A stretch of DNA of 63,854 nt, counting the filler, from an uncultured Methanosarcinales archaeon (lineage in GTDB: Archaea; Nanobdellota; Nanobdellia; Woesearchaeales; CAYXTQ01), in the NCBI GenBank assembly GCA_964608065.1. It is 4 parts of 4 records of this genome, joined end to end, with 100 filler letters (N's around TTAATTAATTAA, not from the genome) between each part and the next. Parts side by side here need not be neighbours in the genome. Positions count along the whole stretch, not along the records: positions 1 to 16,532 come from CAZSMA010000026.1; positions 16,633 to 32,792 come from CAZSMA010000027.1; 2 more parts are not named here. One strand, given 5' to 3'. Positions 7,856 to 16,633 of this stretch are shown here, one piece after another. A program made the translations under genes and the position numbers. The first letter of the stretch is position 1; each line of letters starts with the position of its first letter. The notes beneath the pieces were generated by a model, which was given only the letters and a program-made list of their open reading frames with translations, was not told the DNA's origin and searched no databases.

Positions 7856-10108
7856 TTAACTAAAAACTGGTTTAATCCAATTTTTGAATGTCAGTGAATA
7901 TTCTTCGATTCTAGCAGATTCATTCATTCCAATTTTTGGATCAATTAAACCTTCTCCATCAATACAGGTTGCATCAGGAACCCTTATTGCATAAAACTCT
8001 GCATTTTGATTATCTAAGTCACTGTTTGATATGTCTAAATAACTTGTTGTCTGGTCAAATATTGCCCCGCCAATAGAAGTCATTTCAATAGGATCTTCTG
8101 GAATCCATTCATCAACTATATCACAACATCCTTGTATACATATTCCTGGACAGTTTGAAATTGGAATATTTGTACTATAATCCCATGAATCTTGTGTCTT
8201 ACACCCTATAGTATTTTTACAAAGATGCTTACATTCTGCATGGATTGTATATTTGTTATTATCGATATAAGTTGCTCTGACTTCATATCTTCCTGGAACT
8301 AATTTTAAAGTTTGCTCTTGATCATTATCATCAAAAATAAATGCTTGTGTTGAAATTTGGTCATAGATTTGGTCATCTCTGTATTTATTGATCATTAGGA
8401 TAATTTGTTCTCCACTTGTTAATTCTGTTGCACCAGGACAACAACTATCTGGCTGGGTCATTCTGTAAACCTTTGAAGTTACTTTTAATTCTCTATAAGG
8501 CTCTAGACTTGTTGTAATCATTTTATCTTTGCCAAACTCTGTTGTTAGTAGCATAGCTTTCCCCATATAACCTTCTTTTTCTATAATCAGATATCCTCCA
8601 CTGCAAATTGGGAACTTTCCTTTATAGACCCCTTCATTATTAGTTGCACCTATAACACAAGAATCATATCTTCCACAACCAAAACTTAGTGAAGCACCTT
8701 CAACAGGTTCACCATTTTTGTTGTCTTTAATCCTAATCTCAATATCTCCGCTTAACTTTTGATTTTCTTTGCACATTAAGCTTTTTGTTGGAGGTAAAGG
8801 CACAGGCACACTAGGAGAAACACCAACATTAACATTACTATAATCCCATAATCCAATTGTTCCCTGGCCTAAATGCCAGTTTAATAAATTAATATTATCT
8901 CTTATATTTGTCTCTAAACCAAACATAAACTTATACCCTCCTTCAAAATTAACCTTAACTTCATCCCTATCATCTTCTAATAAAACTATATTTGGATAAC
9001 TTATATCATAGAAAAACTCATAATAATTAGTCTGTGTTGGAGGCAGTATTCCCAATGGATAAGACTGCTTGTCAATATTTGGCTTTAAGACATTCCCGCT
9101 TCTTGGAGTTATATCAAAATACAATGGCCAGCCTAAGTAAAAGAAATCTGCTGATAAATAAGTTTGTTCTTCCAAAGGATTTAAGAAATATATTTTATAA
9201 GCATCTCCAAAATATTCTCCATTTTTGGTTTTATCTACTTTTATATAGTTTGTATTAACAGTTAAAATATCTTTTAATCTTAATTCAACTATATCTTTTA
9301 ACCATGTTATTGCATAATATTCATGATCAACAGCTGCTATTGGAGGCAGTTTATTTACATCTATTCCTGAATAAGCGCTTATAATATAACTTAATATATT
9401 CTCCATACTTTGATTATTCATCTCATCTATTGTTATATATGCTGCTACTCTTAAAATCTCATTTAGATTCAATGCAATGCTTGTTTTAAATTCTTTTAAA
9501 TCAGCTTTTGAGTTACCTTTAGAAACCTCAATTGGATAATCAACAAAAACATTTACATCTTTTGCTGCTATTGTTGTTTCTGTTTTTATCTTACCTTTAT
9601 TAAACTTAAAACCCTGTTCTTTAAACTCTGCAAAATCATTTAAGCAGTTATCAAGCTCTCTGTTAATGAATCTATTTATTTGTCCTTCAATGTCTTCTTT
9701 GCTTGGAGTTAAACTGCTTACATAACATTCTTGGCAATTATTTTGACTTTGTAAATACCACCAATAAGCTATAGGCTCATCAAGTTCTGTTGATAAGCTA
9801 ACTCCATCAGACTCTGTAGGTCTGGTAACATCAATATCAAATTTTCTTCCACTTAGCTCTTCATCATTCATATCTATATAGCCGCCATGCTCTCCTATTT
9901 TTTTTAAAGCTTCTATTGTTTTTTCTTTAATACATTCTTCAACATAAGTTTTAATTGGATCAAACATTACAGGAACTTCTTCTACTAAAACTTCTTGCTC
10001 TGCGCTTTTTCTTCTTGTTGTTACAGAATAAATCAATATAGAGGTCATTAACAATAGAACTATTCCTAGTATGATGAAAATTGTTACTTGGCTCTTTCTA
10101 GTTGCCAT
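7856..10108 (-). CDS. Large class III signal-peptide (prepilin-type) protein, 750 aa
   Basis: MATRKS|QVTIFIILGIVLL; carboxypeptidase-regulatory-like beta segment (GEPVEGASL...ATNNEGVY); Cys-rich insert near the C-terminus. Confidence 0.85.
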   Translation of the reverse strand: MATRKSQVTIFIILGIVLLLMTSILIYSVTTRRKSAEQEVLVEEVPVMFDPIKTYVEECIKEKTIEALKKIGEHGGYIDMNDEELSGRKFDIDVTRPTESDGVSLSTELDEPIAYWWYLQSQNNCQECYVSSLTPSKEDIEGQINRFINRELDNCLNDFAEFKEQGFKFNKGKIKTETTIAAKDVNVFVDYPIEVSKGNSKADLKEFKTSIALNLNEILRVAAYITIDEMNNQSMENILSYIISAYSGIDVNKLPPIAAVDHEYYAITWLKDIVELRLKDILTVNTNYIKVDKTKNGEYFGDAYKIYFLNPLEEQTYLSADFFYLGWPLYFDITPRSGNVLKPNIDKQSYPLGILPPTQTNYYEFFYDISYPNIVLLEDDRDEVKVNFEGGYKFMFGLETNIRDNINLLNWHLGQGTIGLWDYSNVNVGVSPSVPVPLPPTKSLMCKENQKLSGDIEIRIKDNKNGEPVEGASLSFGCGRYDSCVIGATNNEGVYKGKFPICSGGYLIIEKEGYMGKAMLLTTEFGKDKMITTSLEPYRELKVTSKVYRMTQPDSCCPGATELTSGEQIILMINKYRDDQIYDQISTQAFIFDDNDQEQTLKLVPGRYEVRATYIDNNKYTIHAECKHLCKNTIGCKTQDSWDYSTNIPISNCPGICIQGCCDIVDEWIPEDPIEMTSIGGAIFDQTTSYLDISNSDLDNQNAEFYAIRVPDATCIDGEGLIDPKIGMNESARIEEYSLTFKNWIKPVFS

Positions 10109-10723
10109 TTACCAGTCACCCCCATGTAGGCCACCACCACTACCACCACTAGAACCATAACTGCTGCTTGGAACATATACTCCTTTATTATCTACAATTG
10201 GAACAGTAATTATTGTAGTTATATCGCTGCCCTTTAACTCATAACCCATCATTACTTGGTCATATTCATCAGTTAGATACTCAGCCCAATAACCAGAATT
10301 AGCTTCACCTTTTCCTAAATTGGTTGGTGCAACAACTCGTTTATACTCATCTTTATCTTTTTTCTTCAATCTTACAGCAAATTCTAAGCTTCTGTTCATA
10401 GCATCCTCTATATAATATCCAACTTCATACATAACTGTATCATCTGGAAGTTTTTCTGATTTTTCTCCTTGTAATGTGACTGTTGTTTGTGATAAATAAG
10501 TTGGACCATTGTCAACATTATATGATTCAGGAGTTCCACCCCATTTTCTGCAAACTTCTACTTCCCAATCTTCTACTGCATACCAATTTTGTACTCTTGG
10601 GTCAAATGAATACCAATCAGATCCTGCATCCCCTTCTGTATATGTTGTGTATTTGGAGCTTATTGGTGTAACTAACAAAATCATTACTAAAACCCACATT
10701 AAAATTATTTTTTTAGTTTTCAT
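10109..10723 (-). CDS. Secreted hypothetical protein (204 aa) with Gly/Ser-rich tail
   Basis: Signal peptide MKTKKIILMWVLVMILLVTPISS; tightly packed between its neighbours. Confidence 0.8.
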   Translation of the reverse strand: MKTKKIILMWVLVMILLVTPISSKYTTYTEGDAGSDWYSFDPRVQNWYAVEDWEVEVCRKWGGTPESYNVDNGPTYLSQTTVTLQGEKSEKLPDDTVMYEVGYYIEDAMNRSLEFAVRLKKKDKDEYKRVVAPTNLGKGEANSGYWAEYLTDEYDQVMMGYELKGSDITTIITVPIVDNKGVYVPSSSYGSSGGSGGGLHGGDW

Positions 10724-13700
10724 ATGTAATCATCTATATCCTCACAATAATCATAACCTTCCAGTTCATCTGTATATGGTTTAATTATAATACCGCTGCT
10801 TACTATATCAACAACATTCTTTATTGTTTGTATAGTCGCTATTCCAGAACAAATTCTATGTGGAAAAACAGCACATGGTGGCAGTGGACATTCTGTAACA
10901 ACAGCAGTATAATCCCATATTAAACATGGTAGCCCTAGAATGCTTAATACTAATTGAACTTTATCTTTTAGCATAGCACTCCATATATTTTCAAACCATT
11001 TTCCCCAGCTGTGACCATGCAATTTATATTGTGCACTGACATAGTACAGACAGTATCTCTCTCCAAATGCTCTATCACACGTATCTATAGGTAATCCTAA
11101 CTTTGAATTCTCATGCACACATTTTATCTGCATGCATTTTATCTGTCTTAGTTTTTTCTGGTTGTAAATAATTCCTGGCAAAAACAAACATTTTTCAGAG
11201 TAATATATGCTTTTATAAGGATCATAAGTCCAATAACTTGGTTCTATTATTCCTTCAACATTTGTTCTTGAACCAGGAGCATTCCAACTTCCTTTTAGTG
11301 GAAGGTTAACATTCATTGAGCCACCACTTAAACCAGTAGGTATCGTTACAGCGATAGAATTCGGTTTGGCTAAATCTGTCACTATAGTTAACATAGTATG
11401 TCCTAAAGCATTAGCATTGCATAAATATCCAGAATGTATCATGCAAGTCCATTTAAAGAAATAACCTGGTGTTGGTGGTATAGGTAATAGCCTTGGATCC
11501 CAAATCCAAAATCTTATAGCGTTGTGGATACTATTTAATGGTATACAAGCTGATTTGTGGGTTGCTTCAGCTAAAGGTTCTCCAACTATTGTTGTTTCCA
11601 AAGGACACGATGTTAACTCAGTAATTACTGTTAAAATTCCTTGTAGCAAAGCATCAATCTGAGCAATATTTCTAGCGATTGTACAAAGTAAATTTAACAT
11701 ATCATTATATTCTTCCTCTGTTTCAATCTTTTTATCCAACTCTTCAATCTCTTTTCCAAGGTCTTCAATCTTATCCTGGACATTATCTTCAATTGTGCCT
11801 AAAGGAATATTATAAAGAGGAACTTCTACTTTAACTCCCTCGTACTCTGGAAGACTATAGACTTTCTGTCCTGCTTTGACTCTTAAGGTCATATTACAGT
11901 CTATTGGGAATGTTTCTTCATCAACTCCTGTGATTGATGTTGCTGTTTTTACAACAATATAAGGAGTAAGTGTGTACTCATTCATCAGATATCCTGTGTT
12001 ACTTAGATGATCTGTCTTGCTGCAGTCAACAGCTTTGGTTAATATTTGTGGATCCCATCTTTGATTATTATATTCTGATTTTACACTTATCCTTGGGTTA
12101 AGGAAAACACTTATTGGTATTTTAGAAGCTGCTTGCTTGTCTATGAATCTAGGAACAAAGATTACAGGTTGTTGAATATAAAAGAAATCTGGAATGTTTC
12201 TTGTTTCTAAAGTGTATATAACAGCATTATGGTTTCTTACTGCTTTGTTTCCAGCAGCATCTGTTGCAATGATATTAACATTTGCGCTTGTGTATTCTGT
12301 TTTTAAATCACCTACTTCAAGATAGCATTCATGCATGTTTGGAATGCCTTCATAATCGCCGCATTCCATAATCTCAACAGAGCCAGTCTCGCTTATACTT
12401 GTTGTATTAATCTCAACTTTCAGCAGGTTCTTTTCTGTAACATTTACATTAAATATCAAAGTATCTTTATATGTTGGGAATTCAGGAAGAGTATTCACAC
12501 TGTTTATAACTGGGTTTCTGATATCAACAGTAAATTCTTTTTCTATATTTGTCCCTACATTTCCTAGTTTGTCTTCACCACTAAGAGTAACCATGACTTT
12601 GTTTCCATTATTACTCTTGGCTTCTATATTCCAATAACATGTCCAGCCATTAGTGCAGTTATCAGCATTTACATTGTCTAATCCAACTTCATTTAAGTTA
12701 AGATAAATATTGCTTTCATTCAATCCAACACCTATCTCATTTATAGAAGCTGTAATTAAAGTGTCTTTTCCAATAAAATATTTGCTGTCAAAGACTTTGT
12801 CAGAAACAAAATTACTAAAAACAGGTTCTTTATTATCAACCAATAATTTATAACTGAAAGTTTGCTCTTTTTCATTACTGCTTCTGTCTGCAGCATAAAA
12901 TTTAAAACTGACTTGTTTTGAAGTTTCGCTTTCTAAATTTATTGCAACACTCCATTTGCAGACAGAACCATTGCCCTGAGTACTACAACTTGACCTTTGA
13001 ATTTCTCCATAATCCTCGTTTAAAGCAGATAAATCAGCTTTTACTTTATTTTCATCTAAACCAGACTCACTTTCTATGATCTCAACCTCTAAAACTACTT
13101 TTACGTTTTTCCCATTATTCCAGTCAAGCTCATTTCCTCTTGAATCTGTTAATTTGAAATTACTTATTACAGGGCTTATTGTGTCTTCAATAAAACTATA
13201 AGGCATGTCTTCTGAGTTATAGTTTCCAACCAAATCTTTCAAAGTTACTGTTATTGTAGGGTTAGTATTTTTCATCTTTATTTTTGTAACCCATGAACAT
13301 TCAGTTGCATTGCAAGAAGTTGCAGCCTTATTAATAACATCTAAATCATTGATATTTAATACAGATTTTTGGGCATCTATTCCTGAATCATCAGTAAATT
13401 CAACTGTAACTTTAACATCTACTAATTCATTTTCAATATAGTATCCAATATCAGTTCCATCTGGTTTTGTAATCTTGATATTAGTTATATCTGGACCAGA
13501 AAAATCTGTGATAATGTTAACACTTTTGCTGCTGCTTAAACCAAAAGTATCATAAACAGTTAATCTTGCTTCAATATTATCTTCCAGAAGAAGGCTTGCA
13601 TTTATTGAGATATTGCCATTATAATCACATGATCCTGGGTCTGAATTTATTTCTATAATTTCAGAATAATCTCCTACTTCTAATATAGCACCCATTATTC

Positions 13701-14220
13701 CGCTGCATTTTCCTACAGCATCTGCTTTTTCTTTTATACTAAATGTAAATTCAACAGTATCGTTTGTATTATATACTGCTTTATTAGTCTCAAATTTAAC
13801 AATCTCTGGCTCTGTGCTGTCGCAGACTACCTCGACTTGTGCTCTGTCATATAAATCTCCATTATAGTAAAGATTGATATCATTAACATGATTAGGGCAA
13901 ACTTTTAATCCATATTCATCTAAATCAAGACTATCAAGATAGCAATAATAACTTCCATCGTAATCCAGACTGCAGCTTGTGAATTCAAATCCAGTCTCAC
14001 TGTCAGTGCCCCATAATCTAATTTGACTGGGTTCAATAACTTCATCATTTATTTTTGCATTAACTTCAAAACTGATTAAATCTGCGTCATCCCGGATATA
14101 ACCTTCAAGCATGTCTTCACCATAAACCTTAGGATTAGTCAATTCAGCAAAAGCTATTGGCAGGACAAGTATTAAATTTATCATAAATGCTGCGATTATT
14201 TGTAAGTATTTTTTATTCAT
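10720..14220 (-). CDS. Large secreted/surface protein (1166 aa): Ig-like repeats, coiled coil, Cys-rich hydrophobic C-terminal domain
   Basis: Signal peptide ...LPIAFA|E; repeated D..(G/E/S)P linkers and D..GN; coiled coil VQDKIEDLGKEIEELDKKIE; paralog of 245-3109. Confidence 0.85.
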   Translation of the reverse strand: MNKKYLQIIAAFMINLILVLPIAFAELTNPKVYGEDMLEGYIRDDADLISFEVNAKINDEVIEPSQIRLWGTDSETGFEFTSCSLDYDGSYYCYLDSLDLDEYGLKVCPNHVNDINLYYNGDLYDRAQVEVVCDSTEPEIVKFETNKAVYNTNDTVEFTFSIKEKADAVGKCSGIMGAILEVGDYSEIIEINSDPGSCDYNGNISINASLLLEDNIEARLTVYDTFGLSSSKSVNIITDFSGPDITNIKITKPDGTDIGYYIENELVDVKVTVEFTDDSGIDAQKSVLNINDLDVINKAATSCNATECSWVTKIKMKNTNPTITVTLKDLVGNYNSEDMPYSFIEDTISPVISNFKLTDSRGNELDWNNGKNVKVVLEVEIIESESGLDENKVKADLSALNEDYGEIQRSSCSTQGNGSVCKWSVAINLESETSKQVSFKFYAADRSSNEKEQTFSYKLLVDNKEPVFSNFVSDKVFDSKYFIGKDTLITASINEIGVGLNESNIYLNLNEVGLDNVNADNCTNGWTCYWNIEAKSNNGNKVMVTLSGEDKLGNVGTNIEKEFTVDIRNPVINSVNTLPEFPTYKDTLIFNVNVTEKNLLKVEINTTSISETGSVEIMECGDYEGIPNMHECYLEVGDLKTEYTSANVNIIATDAAGNKAVRNHNAVIYTLETRNIPDFFYIQQPVIFVPRFIDKQAASKIPISVFLNPRISVKSEYNNQRWDPQILTKAVDCSKTDHLSNTGYLMNEYTLTPYIVVKTATSITGVDEETFPIDCNMTLRVKAGQKVYSLPEYEGVKVEVPLYNIPLGTIEDNVQDKIEDLGKEIEELDKKIETEEEYNDMLNLLCTIARNIAQIDALLQGILTVITELTSCPLETTIVGEPLAEATHKSACIPLNSIHNAIRFWIWDPRLLPIPPTPGYFFKWTCMIHSGYLCNANALGHTMLTIVTDLAKPNSIAVTIPTGLSGGSMNVNLPLKGSWNAPGSRTNVEGIIEPSYWTYDPYKSIYYSEKCLFLPGIIYNQKKLRQIKCMQIKCVHENSKLGLPIDTCDRAFGERYCLYYVSAQYKLHGHSWGKWFENIWSAMLKDKVQLVLSILGLPCLIWDYTAVVTECPLPPCAVFPHRICSGIATIQTIKNVVDIVSSGIIIKPYTDELEGYDYCEDIDDYI

Positions 14221-14500
14221 TTAACCACACTTCTTTAACTTCATATTTTATGTTATTTGATGAAAAAAAATTAACAAAGTATTGTTTTTGGATAATTGGA
14301 ACAAGAATTACGTTCTGAGCTAATTTTTTGCCATAACTTTTTTCTACTAGACCTTTGTGCTCATATGTTTTTTTTATTTTTTTATCTTTATAGCCGAACA
14401 ACCCTCTGATGACCTTGACTTTTTTTTTTTGAGATAAATCTTTAAGAGAATAAATAAGTAGATTATATTGCCTTAAGTTCTTTAGCTCTTCAGCTGGCAT
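14213..14500 (-). CDS. Small basic protein, possibly Cas2/VapD-like ferredoxin fold
   Basis: LLIYSL...LFGY...GKKLAQNVILVP pattern; overlaps the start of the 1166-aa gene; TATA (TTTATAAA) near 14524-14531; fold assignment is inference. Confidence 0.55.
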   Translation of the reverse strand: MPAEELKNLRQYNLLIYSLKDLSQKKKVKVIRGLFGYKDKKIKKTYEHKGLVEKSYGKKLAQNVILVPIIQKQYFVNFFSSNNIKYEVKEVWLNE

Positions 14501-14535
14501 ATTCAATATATAATAGTCTTTTATTTATAAATCTT

Positions 14536-14742
14536 TCTGTTATTGATTACATATATTCTATTATTAGTTACAGAAAAAATAAAACAAAATAGTATCATTT
14601 CTGTTATAGATTACATAATAATCTGTTATAAATTACATATTACTGTAATTTATTACATAAAATATGTTATATATTACAGAAAAAAAAAGAAAAACTGTAT
14701 TGTTTCTATTACAGATTACATAATAATCTGTTATTGATTACA
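14536..14742. repeat. Array of eight 16-bp quasi-palindromic repeats (tcTGTTATnnATTACA), ~21-bp period, arranged as a 105-106 bp tandem duplication
   Basis: Starts at 14536, 14557, 14600, 14622, 14642, 14663, 14705, 14727; A-tracts fill the two skipped positions. Confidence 0.85.
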
Positions 14743-14745
14743 GAA

Positions 14746-15084
14746 TTATCTAATAGGGATAGTAATTTTTCTTTCTTTTCTTTTAGAATCTTTATTCATA
14801 GACTCTTTTATTAAAGCCATCTCTAAATCTAATATTTTTTTAGTTACTGGATTTTTTGAATTTAAAGTAAATAATCTTGTTTTTCCAAATTTTCTTGTAA
14901 CTCTTAGAATTCCATGTTTTTCTAACTCCTCCCAGTAATTAAACAAGGAGGTTCTTGAAATTTCAGCCCCTTCAGCTATATCCTTTTTTGTAAAATCCAT
15001 TCCTTTGTTGTCTACTAAAAAGTCTATTATCTTAAACAAGGGCATTTCTCCTGTTAATTGCAACAGTAAAGATTTTTCTTTCAT
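14746..15084 (-). CDS. Winged-helix transcriptional regulator (~112 aa)
   Basis: KIIDFL...DFTKKDIAEGAEISRTSLFNYWEELEKHGILRVTRKFGKTRLFTLN; ATG at 15084 fits the promoter better than the ORF-track start. Confidence 0.85.
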   Translation of the reverse strand: MKEKSLLLQLTGEMPLFKIIDFLVDNKGMDFTKKDIAEGAEISRTSLFNYWEELEKHGILRVTRKFGKTRLFTLNSKNPVTKKILDLEMALIKESMNKDSKRKERKITIPIR

Positions 15085-15107
15085 AATTATATAAGGAAAA
15101 TAGAAAA

Positions 15108-15149
15108 GTATATAAACCTTTGGTTCCAAAGTACATTTTGGTGTACTTT
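15108..15149. promoter_or_regulatory. Shared divergent TATA (gtatataaac) plus palindromes ctttgg-tt-ccaaag and aaagtaca-N6-tgtacttt
   Basis: 67-bp spacer between divergent wHTH genes; inverted repeats at 15118-15131 and 15128-15149. Confidence 0.55.
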
Positions 15150-15151
15150 TC

Positions 15152-15418
15152 ATGTGGAAAGATGATGAAATTAAAGGCAAAATTTTACATAAATTAACTC
15201 GTTTAGGTAAATTTAAACACAGCCATACATCTATTGATAATCTTCCAAAAGGGTTTCCTGGAGAAATGAAAGGCAGAGTTAAAACTCTAATTAATGAATT
15301 AAAAAAAGAAGGTTTATTGTTTAGTAAACCAACAGCTTATGGAGAAGAAATATCTGTTAATACAGATAAAAAAGAAAAAATAATGGAGTATGTAGAAATT
15401 TTTATTAAAAAAGAATAG
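15152..15418 (+). CDS. Small winged-helix-like protein (88 aa)
   Basis: HTSIDNLPKGFP...VKTLINELKKEGLLFSKP...EISVN; divergent from the wHTH gene. Confidence 0.65.
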   Translation: MWKDDEIKGKILHKLTRLGKFKHSHTSIDNLPKGFPGEMKGRVKTLINELKKEGLLFSKPTAYGEEISVNTDKKEKIMEYVEIFIKKE

Positions 15419-15419
15419 A

Positions 15420-16532
15420 TTACCTAACCCTGCAACCATCTCCGACTTTTTCTACTATAACTTCTTCTTTGTCTGTTTTCAACACTTTATCTTTATACCA
15501 ACATTTTCCATCTTTAACTGTCATTTTTATCTTTAAGAAACTGTCAAAGCTTATTTGTTCTGAAGAGGATTGAATATCTTCAAAATAAACTTTATCCCCT
15601 TGATTAGAGTCTTTAACAGTTAACAATCCAACTTCTTTTTCATCATCAGAACATCCAGCTAATAACATCCCCTGGCTTTCAATGCCTCTTAGTTTAGCAT
15701 ATTTTAGATTAGTAACAACAATCAGATTCTTATCCTTTAATTCATCTATATTATAATGTTCTTTAATTCCAGCTACAATCTGTCTTTTCTCTTGACCAAG
15801 ATCAACTTGCATTACAATTAGTTTATCAGCATCAGGGTGATTTTTGACTTCTAAAACTTTTCCAACCTTTAAATCTAAAGGTATTGTTTCTTGCATTTTA
15901 ACCTCCACTTTCTTCAATATTATTTTTGCTTTGTTTATTTTATGTTTTTTTAAGTTAAAATTAATATCTTTCCATTTAAGATTTTTAAGATTCAGTTGTT
16001 TTTGAATCTCTAAGGCAAAATTAGGAATGATTGGCTCAATTAAAATACTTAGATTTTTTACTAAGTTGATGCATGTTCCTAAGATTTTGTGAGTTTTTTC
16101 TTTATCATCTTTGATTAATTTCCATGGTTCACTATCCTGGAAATATTTGTTTCCTAAAGATGATACAGCTAATATCAAATCAACTGTTTTTTTGAAATCA
16201 TACTTTTGATATGATTTTTTTATTTCTTCTGTTTGTTTTAGTGTTTTATTTATTATTTTGTTATCATCTGTTCCTTTTACTTCTGAGTTGAAATTTTTGT
16301 TTGTAAATGATAAAACTCTATAACAGAAATTGGATAGATTGCTGACTAATTCAGAATTTATTCTTTCAATTACTAATTCTTCATTATAGTCTCCATCACT
16401 GTCAATAGGCATTGCTCCTGAAATATAAAATCTGAATGGATCAGTGCCGTATTTTTCAATTTGTTGGAATGGCTCAATCACATTACCAATGGATTTGCCC
16501 ATCTTCCTTCCTTTTGATAAAATAAATCCATG
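15420..16532 (-). CDS. metG: Methionine--tRNA ligase, C-terminal part (truncated at contig edge)
   Basis: HGFILSKGRKMGKS (KMSKS loop), anticodon domain GNKYFQDSEPWK, C-terminal OB domain HPDADKL...RGIESQGMLLA. Confidence 0.92.
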   Translation of the reverse strand, partial: HGFILSKGRKMGKSIGNVIEPFQQIEKYGTDPFRFYISGAMPIDSDGDYNEELVIERINSELVSNLSNFCYRVLSFTNKNFNSEVKGTDDNKIINKTLKQTEEIKKSYQKYDFKKTVDLILAVSSLGNKYFQDSEPWKLIKDDKEKTHKILGTCINLVKNLSILIEPIIPNFALEIQKQLNLKNLKWKDINFNLKKHKINKAKIILKKVEVKMQETIPLDLKVGKVLEVKNHPDADKLIVMQVDLGQEKRQIVAGIKEHYNIDELKDKNLIVVTNLKYAKLRGIESQGMLLAGCSDDEKEVGLLTVKDSNQGDKVYFEDIQSSSEQISFDSFLKIKMTVKDGKCWYKDKVLKTDKEEVIVEKVGDGCRVR

Positions 16533-16632
16533 NNNNNNNNNNNNNNNNNNNNNNNNNNNNNNNNNNNNNNNNNNNNTTAATTAATTAANNNNNNNNNNNN
16601 NNNNNNNNNNNNNNNNNNNNNNNNNNNNNNNN
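16533..16632. other. Artificial contig linker (N-TTAATTAATTAA-N)
   Basis: Ns flanking a six-frame stop linker. Confidence 0.98.
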
Positions 16633-16633
16633 T

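Noticed and set aside
1..14500. Provirus or conjugative element
   Set aside because: No integrase, terminase, capsid, relaxase or VirB4-like ATPase and no att repeats visible in the window
14543..14737. 64-aa ORF
   Set aside because: Translation of the repeat array; TTG start and low complexity
14536..14742. CRISPR array next to a Cas2-like gene
   Set aside because: Repeats are 16 bp and degenerate, gaps are mostly 4-6 bp, and the two longer gaps are similar A-tracts rather than unique spacers; no cas1 or other cas genes
16577..16588. TTAATTAATTAA palindrome repeated three times in the window
   Set aside because: Artificial six-frame stop linker between concatenated contigs
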